This document shows, piece by piece, positions 47,620 through 57,634 of a stretch of 64,000 bases of DNA. Within the stretch, counting starts at the first letter, position 1. Every line of letters begins with the position of its first letter. The DNA comes from Holophagaceae bacterium. Lineage in GTDB: Bacteria > Acidobacteriota > Holophagae > Holophagales > Holophagaceae. The stretch covers positions 5,159-69,158 of the forward strand of contig DATEZP010000060.1 of NCBI GenBank assembly GCA_035255465.1, written 5' to 3'. The notes beneath the pieces were generated by a model that was not told the DNA's origin, ran no database searches, and saw nothing but the letters and a program-made list of their open reading frames with translations. Both the position numbers and the translations under genes were made by a program.

Positions 47620-50269
47620 GGAGTTCCACGAAGAAGATGGCGCCGCCCCCCGGCGCATTGAGGTAACCGATGGCTCCGCCCATGCCCTCCACGAGGGCCC
47701 GGCTGATGGAGAGGCCCAGGCCCGTGCCCGGGATCCGGCGCACTTCGGAGCTGTCGGCCTGGGTGAATTTCTCGAAGAGCAGATCGCCGAAGGAATCCGG
47801 CACGCCGGGGCCCTGATCCCGCACCTCGATGCGCCAGGCCGCGTCGGCGGGGTGCAGGGACAGGGTGACGGTGCCGCCCTGGGGGCTGTGCTTCACGGCG
47901 TTGGAGATGAGGTTGTTGAGCACCTGCACCAGGCGCCCGCCATCCACCCGGGCCTGGGCTTCCCCGAGAGGCTGGCCCTGCCGTTCCAGTCTTACCCCCA
48001 GCTTGGTGGCGAATCCTTGGGCCAGTTCCATGGATTTATCGAGCAGCGGGTCGAGGGGATGGAGCTTGAACTCCAACCGCAGCTTGCCGTGCTCCAGCTT
48101 CTCCAGGTCGAGGATGTCATCCACGAGGGTGCCCAGGTGGCGGGCGTTCTGGTGGGCGATGCGCACCAGCTCGCGGGCCTTCTCCGGAAGCGCGCCGCCC
48201 ACGCCGCCTTCCAGCAGCCCGAGGGTGCCCCGGATGGAGGTGAGGGGTGTGCGGAGTTCGTGGCTGACGATGGCGATGAGTTCGTTCTTGATCTTCTCCA
48301 GCTTCCTCCGGTCCCGCAGATCCCGCAGGAAGGCGGTGAAGAGCACCCCACCTTCCACCTCCACGGCGTTGAGGCCCACTTCGAGGGGGATGGGGTCGCC
48401 TGCACAGGGGAAGGCCATGGCCTCCCGTATGGACCCGGAGCCGCCGGTGGTCTTCAGGTGGGACATGAGGCCGGGCACCAGCTCCGAGACGGAGCGCCCC
48501 TTCAGGGCGGCCAGGTTCCAGCCCAACAAGCGCTGGGCGGCTACGTTGGCGCTCTCGATGTGGCCCGAAGGTTCGAGGATCAGGATCGGTTCCACGGCGT
48601 GATCGAGGATCATCCGGGCCCGGGCCTCGACGGTGGCGAGGGCGCGACCGCGGTCCTCCGCCAGCACCTTCACCGCGGACATCTGACCGCTGACCAGGAG
48701 CAGCAGCGCCCCCAACATGCCGGTGAAGCCAAGGCCGCCCGCGAGCACGAGGAAGACCTGCCACCCTTGGCTGGTGAGCAGGAAGGCGGCCGTGGGCCGC
48801 GCCTGCAAGGCCAGGCTGGCTCCGTAGATCTCCAGGGGGACTTCCTCCATCCAGGCTCCCTTCACGGGCTCGGCCGCGGTGTGGGCGGCCTCGATCCGCT
48901 GCCCGTCGGAGCGCTTGGCCATGAAGGCGAGGTTCACATCCCAGGCATGGGCCCGATCCGCCGCATCCGAAAGCACCGGGTCCGCGTAGAAGAGCAACGA
49001 GACGAACCCCATGAGCGCTTGGGCCCGCGCAGGCGCGGGGGGGATCTGGTTGCCGGCGTAGACGGGCATGGTGAGGATCATGGCCGGCCGGGGCACCGCG
49101 TCTTGGGCGAGGCGCTCCAGCATCACCAGCTGCGTGAGGCCCGCATCCCGGGAGTGGATCATGAGCGGGCCCTGGAATGGGCGCTGCATGAGATCCAATC
49201 CGAGGGCCGCGCGGTTCGGGGTGATCGGCTGCTTATAGGCCAGGGGCCAGTACTCGGCTCGGGTGCCCGCGCGCTCCGGCGCCTGCTGGGGGCCTATGTC
49301 CCGGATCTCGTAAGCCTCGCCCAGGATTTTGGACATCCGCGCCTCGAAGGCCTTCCGCTCCGCGCCGGACACCCGAGGCACCCAATCCACCGAGTGGAGA
49401 TCGGGATACCGCTGCAGGTAGGGTTCCACGAAGGCCTTGAAGCTGGCGGGCTCGATGGAGGGGAGGGCCTTGAACAGACCGCTCATGGCCTGGAGGAGTT
49501 CCTGGCGGGCTTCCAGGGTGGCGGCGAGCTCGCTTCGGGCCCGCTCGGCCCGGACGCGGAGGTTGCGGTGCAAGATCGCCTCTTCGCTGTGGCTCACCCG
49601 TACGAAGATGAGCACCACCGCGACGAGGCTGAGGCCCAGGGGAAAGCCCACCGTGAGCCGGCGATCCCGCCACAACGGGTCGCTGGATAACACCATCTGC
49701 AGGGCGGGGACGAAGATCACCACGCCGAGGGCGTCTCCCACCCACCAGGTCCACCAGGCGTAGGGAACCCCTTGGGCGGGGAGCACGTCCAGGGCCCACA
49801 GGGCTCCGGTGGCCGCGGTGGAGGCGAAGAGGCAGCCCACGACGCCGCCGAAGCCGAGCACCGCCGTGAGATCCCGGGGGGTGGTCATGCGCAGGGGCTC
49901 GGGCGAGACGCGCCGCACCATGTGCGCGCCCAGCAGGGCCTGGAGGGTCGAAGCCGTGGCCACCATCACCGCGATGGCATGCATCTGCCAGCCGTGCCCC
50001 AAGGGCCCGTTCCAGGAGATGGAGAGATTCATCAGGTAGGAGCCGAGCAGGATCCCGGGAGCGCCACGCCATCCGCGCCGGAGCACCTGGTAGAGGGCCA
50101 GGCCCGCGGGCGGGAAGATGGCCGTGGCGTAGCCCGGTGGGATGGCCAAGAGCAGGCCGAGTTTCCCCAGCGCCACGTAGGCCAGTGCGACGCCACCGAT
50201 CTCCAGGAGGAGGCTTCGGGCGGAGGTGGCCTCGGCACGGGGATCGGGCATGCCCGATTCATCGGCCAT
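47600..50269 (-). CDS. Sensor histidine kinase (MASE1 membrane domain, CHASE-like periplasmic domain, PAS, HisKA, HATPase_c)
   Basis: H-box IAIVSHELRTPLTSI; N/G boxes LISNAVKHSPQGG, GTGLGLSI. Start MADESGMPD at 50269 (alternative 50251). Confidence 0.85.
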   Translation of the reverse strand: MADESGMPDPRAEATSARSLLLEIGGVALAYVALGKLGLLLAIPPGYATAIFPPAGLALYQVLRRGWRGAPGILLGSYLMNLSISWNGPLGHGWQMHAIAVMVATASTLQALLGAHMVRRVSPEPLRMTTPRDLTAVLGFGGVVGCLFASTAATGALWALDVLPAQGVPYAWWTWWVGDALGVVIFVPALQMVLSSDPLWRDRRLTVGFPLGLSLVAVVLIFVRVSHSEEAILHRNLRVRAERARSELAATLEARQELLQAMSGLFKALPSIEPASFKAFVEPYLQRYPDLHSVDWVPRVSGAERKAFEARMSKILGEAYEIRDIGPQQAPERAGTRAEYWPLAYKQPITPNRAALGLDLMQRPFQGPLMIHSRDAGLTQLVMLERLAQDAVPRPAMILTMPVYAGNQIPPAPARAQALMGFVSLLFYADPVLSDAADRAHAWDVNLAFMAKRSDGQRIEAAHTAAEPVKGAWMEEVPLEIYGASLALQARPTAAFLLTSQGWQVFLVLAGGLGFTGMLGALLLLVSGQMSAVKVLAEDRGRALATVEARARMILDHAVEPILILEPSGHIESANVAAQRLLGWNLAALKGRSVSELVPGLMSHLKTTGGSGSIREAMAFPCAGDPIPLEVGLNAVEVEGGVLFTAFLRDLRDRRKLEKIKNELIAIVSHELRTPLTSIRGTLGLLEGGVGGALPEKARELVRIAHQNARHLGTLVDDILDLEKLEHGKLRLEFKLHPLDPLLDKSMELAQGFATKLGVRLERQGQPLGEAQARVDGGRLVQVLNNLISNAVKHSPQGGTVTLSLHPADAAWRIEVRDQGPGVPDSFGDLLFEKFTQADSSEVRRIPGTGLGLSISRALVEGMGGAIGYLNAPGGGAIFFVELPRIVPR

Positions 50270-50298
50270 GGCGAGGGCCGGGCTGAATCCGAGCTGAT

Positions 50299-50543
50299 CT
50301 AGGAGCGTGTCCAAGTAACCGGTGGGGCTGCCGCCCCAGCCCCCTCTCCCTATCACAGGCCCCACTGGGGCCTGTTCCCACGAAGCTGAGCTTCGTGGAG
50401 GGCGGAACCGGTTGAAACCAAAGGGGCCTGATCCGTTGTCGGCGCGCTTGCACGATGACACCGCATCGCGCCGCGCGCGCCTCCTCGACTGAGGCCCGTT
50501 TGGTTTCAACGCGGCTCCCGCCGATTCCTTGGACACGCTCCTA
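50299..50543. mobile_element. MITE-like element, copy B (about 245 bp; 17-bp TIR CTAGGAGCGTGTCCAAG; internal hairpin GTTGAAACCAAAGGGGCC / GGCCCGTTTGGTTTCAAC)
   Basis: Terminal inverted repeats and inner hairpin match copy A (4903..5173); the remaining interior diverges. Confidence 0.55.
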
Positions 50544-50561
50544 GGGGAAGGGATCCGTCCC

Positions 50562-53500
50562 CTAGATCGGGCGCCTGGATTCCCGCTCCAGATTGGGATT
50601 CAGCGCGCGGGCCTCCCGCAGCACCGCGGCGGCTTCGGCGGCTTTCCCGAGGCCCTCCAGGAGGCGCCCTTGCCAGAGGGCCAGTTCCGCGCTCCGGGGA
50701 TTCGCCTGGCGGGCCTTCTGCAGGGCCGGCACCAGCGCCGGGAGCCCCTGCTTCCGGGCGAGGGCGAGGCGGACGCGCAAGAGGAGGGCCCCCTCGGAAT
50801 CGGGGATGGCCTTGATCGCCACCTCCGCCCCGGGCCAATCGCCCTTCAGGATGGCGCACAGGGCCTGGTGGTTCAGGGCCTCCCGGCTGCGGGGATTGAC
50901 GGCCAGGGCCTTCTCCACGTGCTGGCCGCCGGTGGCCAGATCGGCGGCCCGACTGGCCGGCGTCCACTCGGCCCGGAGCAGGTAGGCCTCCGCCAGCCAT
51001 TGATGGGTGAGGAAGGAATTGGGGTTCATGGCCAACGCCTCCTGATAGGCGGCGATGGACCGATCCAGGTAAGGCTTGGGATCTCCGCCTTGCCACCGTT
51101 CGTACAGCGCCGCCACTTTCAAGCTGCCGCCTTCGCTGGCCGGATGCCCCACCCAGGGTCGGAGGCTCATGGCCTCCTTGAAGCAGCGGGTGGCTTCCTC
51201 CACCAGGGGCCGGGGATCGCCGCCGTGATGCAGGGCCCATTCGGCCTGGGCCGAGAGGCAGTTGCCTAGGTTGTTGAGGAGGAAATCCTTGATCTGGGGC
51301 CGGACGAGCGCACCTCGCAGCCCTGCCACGGCCCGGGCCAGGGTGGGCGTGGGATCCTGGCCCTGATCGGCCTCCCAGCTGGCCCGGGTGCGCAGCAGCG
51401 TGCCGAGGTTGTTCCAGAGCTCGTTGTCCTCCGGCTGGAGCTTGAGCCCCATTTCCGCGGCTTCGGCGGCGGCCTGCAGGGGCAGGCTGGGATCCTGGCC
51501 CAACCGGAGCAGGTGCATGCCCCAGAGGCGGAAGAGGGCCGAGCGTGCGCTCCAGGCCCGGGGGCTGCCGGAGTCCACCGCGATGGACCGGTCCGACGCG
51601 GCCAGGGCCTGGTCGAAGGCGGGTTTGGCATCCCGGGCCAGGTCGATGGCGATGGCCAGCTGCAGTTGGCGGGACTGGGCCTGGGAAAGGTGGATGCGGG
51701 GATTGCTGCGCTGCAGGTTCTCGGCGCGGGCCAGGGCCTCCAGGGCGCGGGTGGCCGCGGCCTCGGCCTCCCCGTACTGACCTTTGGCCATGGCGGCTCC
51801 GGCATCGGCGCGGTCCAGCTCCGCCTGGAGCAGCCACCCTTCGGGATTCCAGGCCTGTTGGGTCTGCAGTTTGAGCAGGAACTCCCGGGCCTCCCCGGGG
51901 CGCCCGGCCACCGAAGCGAGGAGGGCCTTGATCTGGGGGCTGTCCGGATCCTGGGCTTGACGCAGGAAGTCCAGCGCCGGCTGGCGCAGCTCCTGTTCGA
52001 GTTCCTTTTGCCGGTCCTCCCGGGCCTTACCGCGCAGGCCCTCCAGGGATTGCTGGTAGAGGTGGGCGAGGGTGGTGCCCAGCACGGAAGCCGTTTCGGG
52101 ATCGCGCTGGCGCCCCTCCTTCCAGGCCTTCAGCAACTCCACCCGGGCCTCATCCCAGAGGCCGAGGGCCGCGTAGCCCCGGCCCAGCGCCACGCGGGCG
52201 GGACCCTGCACCCAGGCGGACCGGCCATTCAACTTCGCGCGCAACTGATCCAGATCCTGGCGCACCCGTGCGAGGGCGGGGCGCACGTCGTGCACGGGCA
52301 GGGCCAGCTCCCGGTTCACTTCCAGTTCCAGCCGGTCCACGGCCTGGGTGGTGGATTGAGCGAGGCTGCCTTGGAGCCGCGTCTGGCGCCAATTCCAGAG
52401 GGAGGTGGCCAACAGCACCACGGCGAGCGAGGCGCCAAGGGTGAGGAGCAGGCGGGGGCCTTGCTTCCGGGCCCGCTTGCGCAGCCGGTATCCCCAGCTG
52501 GCGGGGTGGGCGTGGATGGGATCCCCTTCGAGGAAGCGGCGCAGATCCTCGCCGAAGGCCTGGGCGGTGGGATAGCGTCGCGCCGGATCCTTGTCCATGG
52601 CCTTGAGGATCACGACTTCCAGATCCAGTGGGAGATCGGCCCGCAGGGAGCGCGGCGAGGGCGGATCCTCCTCCTGCACGCGACGCAGCAGTTCCCAGGT
52701 GGTGGTGGCTTCGAAGGGCAGCTGACCGGTGAGGGCGGTGTAGAGCGTGGCGCCCAGGCCGTAGACATCGCCCCGGGGATCGGGCTCTTCCCCGCGAAGC
52801 ACCTCCGGCGCGGAGAAGGCGGGTGTGCCAATGAGGATGCCGGGCAGGGTGGCTTCCGTGGATTCCATGTTGCGGGCCAATCCGAAGTCCACCAGGAAGG
52901 GGTGCCAGGGGCCCTCGCCCTTCCGCTCCAGCAACACGTTGCCGGGCTTGATATCCCGGTGGAGGATGCCGCTGCGATGGCAGGCTTCGAGGGCCTCGGC
53001 CACCTGCACCGTGAGCAGCACCGTCTCCCGCAGGCCCAGCTCCGATCGGGCCTGGGCCAGGGTGGGCCCATCGATGTACTGGAGCACCAGGTGGGGGCGT
53101 TCCTCGTCCTGGATCACTTCGAAGACGCGCCCCACGTAGGGATGGTTCAACTGGGCCTGGGAGCGGGCCTCCCGGAGGAACCGGTTCCAGGTTTCGGGAT
53201 CCAGGTGCTTGAGGAACTTCAAGGCCACCGTGCGTTCCAGCCGTCGGTCGTAGGCTTTGAAGACGATGCCCATGCCGCCTTCCCCCAATTTGGAGATGGG
53301 CTCGAAGCGATCCGTCAACCGCTCCGGAAAGGAGGCCAGATCATCGGGCGCCGAGATGGGGGTGTGGTCGAGGTGGAATTCCTGCAGGAGTTCACCCAGA
53401 GGGCCCGACGCGAAGAGTCCTTGGGCCCGGAGTACCTCGAAGCGCATGAGCCAATCGCCCTCGGAGAGCGTAGGCGAATCCTGGGGGCGCGGCCCGAAGA

Positions 53501-53582
53501 TCGCGTCGAAGTTGAGCAGGCCCCGATCCATGGCCGCCCGGAGGAACCTCAGACGTTGGAGGGAAGGAGTGGACTGGGGCAC
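50562..53582 (-). CDS. Serine/threonine protein kinase with a TM segment and long C-terminal TPR-repeat region
   Basis: GEGGMGIVFKAYD, ALKFLK, HRDIKPGNVLL, DFGLAR, GTPAFSAPE; then a TM helix and TPR repeats. Confidence 0.85.
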   Translation of the reverse strand: MPQSTPSLQRLRFLRAAMDRGLLNFDAIFGPRPQDSPTLSEGDWLMRFEVLRAQGLFASGPLGELLQEFHLDHTPISAPDDLASFPERLTDRFEPISKLGEGGMGIVFKAYDRRLERTVALKFLKHLDPETWNRFLREARSQAQLNHPYVGRVFEVIQDEERPHLVLQYIDGPTLAQARSELGLRETVLLTVQVAEALEACHRSGILHRDIKPGNVLLERKGEGPWHPFLVDFGLARNMESTEATLPGILIGTPAFSAPEVLRGEEPDPRGDVYGLGATLYTALTGQLPFEATTTWELLRRVQEEDPPSPRSLRADLPLDLEVVILKAMDKDPARRYPTAQAFGEDLRRFLEGDPIHAHPASWGYRLRKRARKQGPRLLLTLGASLAVVLLATSLWNWRQTRLQGSLAQSTTQAVDRLELEVNRELALPVHDVRPALARVRQDLDQLRAKLNGRSAWVQGPARVALGRGYAALGLWDEARVELLKAWKEGRQRDPETASVLGTTLAHLYQQSLEGLRGKAREDRQKELEQELRQPALDFLRQAQDPDSPQIKALLASVAGRPGEAREFLLKLQTQQAWNPEGWLLQAELDRADAGAAMAKGQYGEAEAAATRALEALARAENLQRSNPRIHLSQAQSRQLQLAIAIDLARDAKPAFDQALAASDRSIAVDSGSPRAWSARSALFRLWGMHLLRLGQDPSLPLQAAAEAAEMGLKLQPEDNELWNNLGTLLRTRASWEADQGQDPTPTLARAVAGLRGALVRPQIKDFLLNNLGNCLSAQAEWALHHGGDPRPLVEEATRCFKEAMSLRPWVGHPASEGGSLKVAALYERWQGGDPKPYLDRSIAAYQEALAMNPNSFLTHQWLAEAYLLRAEWTPASRAADLATGGQHVEKALAVNPRSREALNHQALCAILKGDWPGAEVAIKAIPDSEGALLLRVRLALARKQGLPALVPALQKARQANPRSAELALWQGRLLEGLGKAAEAAAVLREARALNPNLERESRRPI

Positions 53583-53635
53583 GGTGCCTTTAGCCTAATC
53601 CTTCCCATGGCGCCTGGGCAGTGAAGACTGTGGAA

Positions 53636-54937
53636 TCAATCGGGCCGGGGCAGGTGGCCGGCTTTGAGCAGGCCCTGGAAGGCCTCGAAATCGCGATCCA
53701 CCTGGATCGCGTAGCCTCGGGCGAAGGCAGCGATCGCCTCATCCAGCTTCTCCGAATGGCCCGCGTATCCGGCGAGCACCGCGGCATCCCCCGCACGGGC
53801 CTGGGCCTTGGCCAGCACCCGGCCGCAGAGGGAGGCATAGCCCACGAGGATCGTGCGGAGATCCTCCAGCTCCAGGCTGGCCTTGTGATCCGACCACTGC
53901 CGGACGAGCACGGGCGACCCGCATACTTCGGACCAGCCGAGGAAGGGATCGCTCCACGTCTGCAGCACCTGGGCGGCTTGGGCCACCACCTGGCCCCGGT
54001 GCCCCGGGGTGGGGCGCCAGCAGGAGCCGGCCTGGCCTTTCAGTTCCAGGAAGAGGGCATCCTGGGAATCCCGGCCCACCAGCATCACAACCCAATCCAG
54101 GACCCCGAAGGAACCACAGCCGGAGGCCCGTCGGGCCACTTCCACGGGCCGGTAGGCGGAGAGGAGGTGGCGCCAGGGGGCGGGCAGACTGGAGGCGTAA
54201 GCCGCCAGCGCGGCCATGGCGGGGGCGCCTTCGGTCTCGCTGAGGGGACGCAGGTTCGGGAGCTTGGCGATGAACCGGGGCCAGCCCTCGGCTCCCGGTT
54301 GGGTGGCCTTGGCGAGCAACCGCTCCGGCGTATCCCGGGCGGCCTTTTCGAACATCGGCGCCAAGGGGGCGTGCCCATCCTCCGGCCGCACTTCCACCCG
54401 GGCCAGGGCATCGAAGGGTAGCTCGGCGAAGTCCCGCAGGGCCTCGCGCCAGGATCGGACGAGGGCGCGGACGGCCTCCAGGCACGCGGATTCCCCGCAG
54501 CCGGCCACGCGCCCGCCCACCAGGAAGCTCGCGGCCAGCCGCTTGAGGTCCCATTCGAAGGGACCTGTGCAGGCCTCGTCGAAATCGTTGAGGTCGAAGA
54601 GCAGCCTGCGATCGGGATCGGCGTAGGCCCCGAGGTTCAGGAGGTGGGCATCGCCGCAGAGGGTGAGCGCGATCCCCGCGGTGGGCAGGGGTCGCGCGTC
54701 TTCGGCCATGAGCGCCGCGGTGCCGCGGTAGAAGCCGAAGGGGGATTCCGCCATGCGGGCCCAACGGTAGGGGAGGAGGGCTTCATCTCGGCCCGCCACC
54801 GCGGCCTGCAATTGGGCGAGCAGATCCGGGCGCGGGCGCGGTTCGAAGGCCGCCTGATCCGAGCGCTGGAGCCGGTCCCTGAGCGCCTTGCCCGCGGCGC
54901 GGCGTTCATCGGGGCTGGGGGGCGGCGTGAAAGGCAT
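53636..54937 (-). CDS. DUF2252 domain protein
   Basis: FGFYRGTAALMAEDARPLP...LCGDAHLLNLG...NDFDE. Confidence 0.7.
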   Translation of the reverse strand: MPFTPPPSPDERRAAGKALRDRLQRSDQAAFEPRPRPDLLAQLQAAVAGRDEALLPYRWARMAESPFGFYRGTAALMAEDARPLPTAGIALTLCGDAHLLNLGAYADPDRRLLFDLNDFDEACTGPFEWDLKRLAASFLVGGRVAGCGESACLEAVRALVRSWREALRDFAELPFDALARVEVRPEDGHAPLAPMFEKAARDTPERLLAKATQPGAEGWPRFIAKLPNLRPLSETEGAPAMAALAAYASSLPAPWRHLLSAYRPVEVARRASGCGSFGVLDWVVMLVGRDSQDALFLELKGQAGSCWRPTPGHRGQVVAQAAQVLQTWSDPFLGWSEVCGSPVLVRQWSDHKASLELEDLRTILVGYASLCGRVLAKAQARAGDAAVLAGYAGHSEKLDEAIAAFARGYAIQVDRDFEAFQGLLKAGHLPRPD

Positions 54938-54947
54938 GGGCCCTACC

Positions 54948-55445
54948 TTAGCGCGGTCCCCAGTGGAACCAACGCATCCAGAAGGGCAGGGCAGGATGCC
55001 CGGTCACCTTCGCGAGGAAGTAGGCCTCGTGATCCCGCTCCAGCTGGGCGAAGTCCTTGAGCTCCGCCCTCAGGACCACCATGCCGAGGGCTTCGGCATG
55101 CACCGCAGCGGCCTCGTATTCCAGATCGTTCTGGGCCTCCAGGCGGCCCGCGAAGTACATGGGGATGAACCATCCCACCATGTTGCAACCGATGAGGATG
55201 ACGACGCCGAGGATCGCCATGCGGGCCTCGAGCCAAGGACTGGCGCCATGGTCCAAGGCTTCGAGCATGGCCTGCAGGCGGCGGCGGTGGTGCCATTCCT
55301 CCCGCTCGATCTGCTGGATCTCGGTGATCTCCTGCTCCTTGCGCAGAGAGAGCCAGTGGCCCCGGTAGGCCAGGGCCGCCGTCAGCTCACCGGAAGTGGC
55401 GCGCTGAAGGATGGATCTGAGTTCGGCGAGATGTTGCTCGGGGCT
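54948..55445 (-). CDS. Hypothetical ferritin-like/di-iron-like protein with one TM helix; start codon unclear (open in frame up to the thiolase stop; first ATG at 55268)
   Basis: ...EIQQIEREEWHHRRRLQAMLEALDHG...AILGVVILIGC...EYEAAAVHAEALG...ERDHEAYFLAKV. No in-frame stop between 55445 and 55268. High GC3. Confidence 0.4.
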   Translation of the reverse strand, partial: SPEQHLAELRSILQRATSGELTAALAYRGHWLSLRKEQEITEIQQIEREEWHHRRRLQAMLEALDHGASPWLEARMAILGVVILIGCNMVGWFIPMYFAGRLEAQNDLEYEAAAVHAEALGMVVLRAELKDFAQLERDHEAYFLAKVTGHPALPFWMRWFHWGPR

Positions 55446-56620
55446 CAGGGACGCTCCACGGCCATGGCGATGGCGTTGCCGCCGCCGAGGCAGAGGGCGG
55501 CGATGCCGCGCTTCTTGCCGTGGCGCTCCAGGGCGTGGAGCAGGGTGGCCATGACCCGGGCGCCGCTGGCGCCGATGGGGTGCCCCAGGGCCACGGCGCC
55601 GCCATGGACGTTGACGCGGTCCGCAGGGAGCTTCAGTTCATTGACGGTGGCCACCAGCTGCACGGCGAAGGCCTCGTTGATCTCCCAGAGGTCCACCTCC
55701 GCCACGGACCAACCCACTTTGGCCAGGAGCTTCTGGATGGCCAGCACGGGCGCCATGGTGACCCACTCGGGATCCAGGCCCGCGGTGGCGGAGCCCAGGA
55801 TGCGCGCCTGGATGGGCAGGCCGTGGGACTTGGCGTAGGACTCGGTGGTGACGAGGGCGGCCGCGGCGCCGTCGTTGACGCTGGGCGCATTGCCGGCGGT
55901 GACGGTGCCGTCCTTCTTGAAGGCGGGCTTCAGCTTGCCCAGCACCTCGAGGCTCGTGTCGGCGCGGGGGCCTTCATCGGTGTCGACGACGACGTCGCCC
56001 TTCTTCCCCGCGACGGTAATGGGGGCGATTTCCGCTTTGAAGGCGCCGGATTCCATGGCCTTCAGGGCCTTCTGATGGGAGGCGAGGCTCCAGGCATCCT
56101 GCATCTCACGGGTAACGCCGTACTTCTCGGCCACCAGCTCGCCGGTGGTGCCCATGGCCTGATCCGTCATGGCGCAGTGGAGGCCGTCGAACATCATGGA
56201 GTCGATGGCCTGGGCGTGACCCATGCGGGCGCCGGCCCGCAGCTTGGGCATGAGGTAGGGGGCATTGGACATGCTCTCCATGCCCCCGGCGAGGATCACG
56301 TCATGATCCCCGGCCAGCACGCCCTGGGCGGCCAATTGGATGGCCTTGAGGCCGGAGCCGCACACTTTGTTGATGGTGAGGGCGGAGGTGGAGGAGGGCA
56401 GGCCCCCGCGCAGGGCGGCCTGGCGGGCCGGCGCCTGGCCCACGCCCGCGCTGAGCACGTTGCCGAAGATGGCTTCCGTGGGCGCGGCGCCGGGCACGGC
56501 GGCCAGCAGCTGCTTGATCACCTGGGCCGCCAGATCCGGGGCGGCCAGGGAGGCGAGCCCGCCCTGGAACTTGCCGATGGGGCTGCGGAGGGCTTTGACG
56601 ATGACGGCGTGGTCGGACAT
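55445..56620 (-). CDS. Acetyl-CoA C-acetyltransferase (thiolase II)
   Basis: [41 protein letters not shown]. Confidence 0.9.
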   Translation of the reverse strand: MSDHAVIVKALRSPIGKFQGGLASLAAPDLAAQVIKQLLAAVPGAAPTEAIFGNVLSAGVGQAPARQAALRGGLPSSTSALTINKVCGSGLKAIQLAAQGVLAGDHDVILAGGMESMSNAPYLMPKLRAGARMGHAQAIDSMMFDGLHCAMTDQAMGTTGELVAEKYGVTREMQDAWSLASHQKALKAMESGAFKAEIAPITVAGKKGDVVVDTDEGPRADTSLEVLGKLKPAFKKDGTVTAGNAPSVNDGAAAALVTTESYAKSHGLPIQARILGSATAGLDPEWVTMAPVLAIQKLLAKVGWSVAEVDLWEINEAFAVQLVATVNELKLPADRVNVHGGAVALGHPIGASGARVMATLLHALERHGKKRGIAALCLGGGNAIAMAVERP

Positions 56621-56644
56621 GGGGGCTCCTTCGGGGAATAGAAG

Positions 56645-56739
56645 TCACCACCAAGGCACCAAGACACCAAGAAAAGCTAAAGAAGAATTCGAGAGCAGGT
56701 CATTCAGCTTTTCTTGGTGCCTTGGTGTCTTGGTGGTCA
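56645..56739. repeat. Intergenic hairpin repeat, family B (copy 3)
   Basis: tcaccaccaaggcaccaagacaccaagaaaagc ... gcttttcttggtgccttggtgtcttggtggtca. Confidence 0.6.
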
Positions 56740-57273
56740 GTACTTTTTCTTCCTGGGCAATTCGTCCAGGCTGCTCAGATCCAGCGCCTCGAGGTTGAGG
56801 GTGGGCGCGGGCTGGGTGTAGAGCTCGGGGGCCTCGCTTTGGATGTGGCGGCGGAAGCGGTCGAGCAGGGCATCCACATCCTGCAGCAGGCGAAGGCGAT
56901 CCATGCGGAGGTTGCGGAGTTGCACTTCCAGCTCCACCACTTGGTGCTGGGCGTCGCGCATGATCTCCTCGGCCTTGAACTGGGCCTCCCGCAGGAGCAG
57001 ATCCTTCTCCCGGGTGGCGGATTCGAGGAGGTCCTCCTTGGTGCGCTGGGCCTGCAGCAAGGTCTCGCGGAAGATGCGGTCCTGATCCTGGTACTGCCGG
57101 AGACGCTCCCGGTTGTCGAGCACTTCCTCCTTCAGCTTGTTGTTCTCGGCCTGGATCTCTTCCCACTCCGCGGCCAGCTCGTGGAGGAAGGCCCGCACTT
57201 CGCCCTCATCCAGCCCCCCGAAGGACTTCTTTTCGAATTCTCGCCGTTGGATGTCGAGGGGTGTGTACTTCAC
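56737..57273 (-). CDS. divIVA: DivIVA-domain protein
   Basis: MKYTPLDIQRREFEKKSFGGLDEGEVRAFL. Confidence 0.8.
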   Translation of the reverse strand: MKYTPLDIQRREFEKKSFGGLDEGEVRAFLHELAAEWEEIQAENNKLKEEVLDNRERLRQYQDQDRIFRETLLQAQRTKEDLLESATREKDLLLREAQFKAEEIMRDAQHQVVELEVQLRNLRMDRLRLLQDVDALLDRFRRHIQSEAPELYTQPAPTLNLEALDLSSLDELPRKKKY

Positions 57274-57536
57274 AGGAGTCCGATCCCGGCCGCGCGGCCG
57301 AAAAAGCCCTTGATGAACGAGAGCAGGAGGAAGGCGATCATCCCGGCGAAGCTGATGCCGCCCACGGAGGGGATCAGGGCTTCGATGGGTCGCATGAAGG
57401 GATCCACAATGGCGTGGATCAGCTTCACGAAGGGGTTCCGGGGGTCCGGCTGGAACCAGCTCATGATGGCCCAGATGAAGATGGAGACCTGGGCGAGGGT
57501 CAGGGCGTAATAGGCGATCAGAAAGACGTAGGGCAT
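57270..57536 (-). CDS. yggT: YggT-family membrane protein
   Basis: 88 aa, 2 TM; ...FVKLIHAIVDPFMRPIEALIP. Confidence 0.75.
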   Translation of the reverse strand: MPYVFLIAYYALTLAQVSIFIWAIMSWFQPDPRNPFVKLIHAIVDPFMRPIEALIPSVGGISFAGMIAFLLLSFIKGFFGRAAGIGLL

Positions 57537-57634
57537 GGGCGCTCCGCCCCCATCATAGCTCTCCTGGCCCCATACTTCGGAGTGCCTACTGGAACATCCC
57601 CGGGGGGCGCGTTATCCCTTTCCCTGGAGGCTCC

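Noticed and set aside
47477-49690. 737-aa plus-strand ORF
   Set aside because: Antisense to the histidine kinase.
51513-53624. 703-aa plus-strand ORF
   Set aside because: Antisense to the Ser/Thr kinase.
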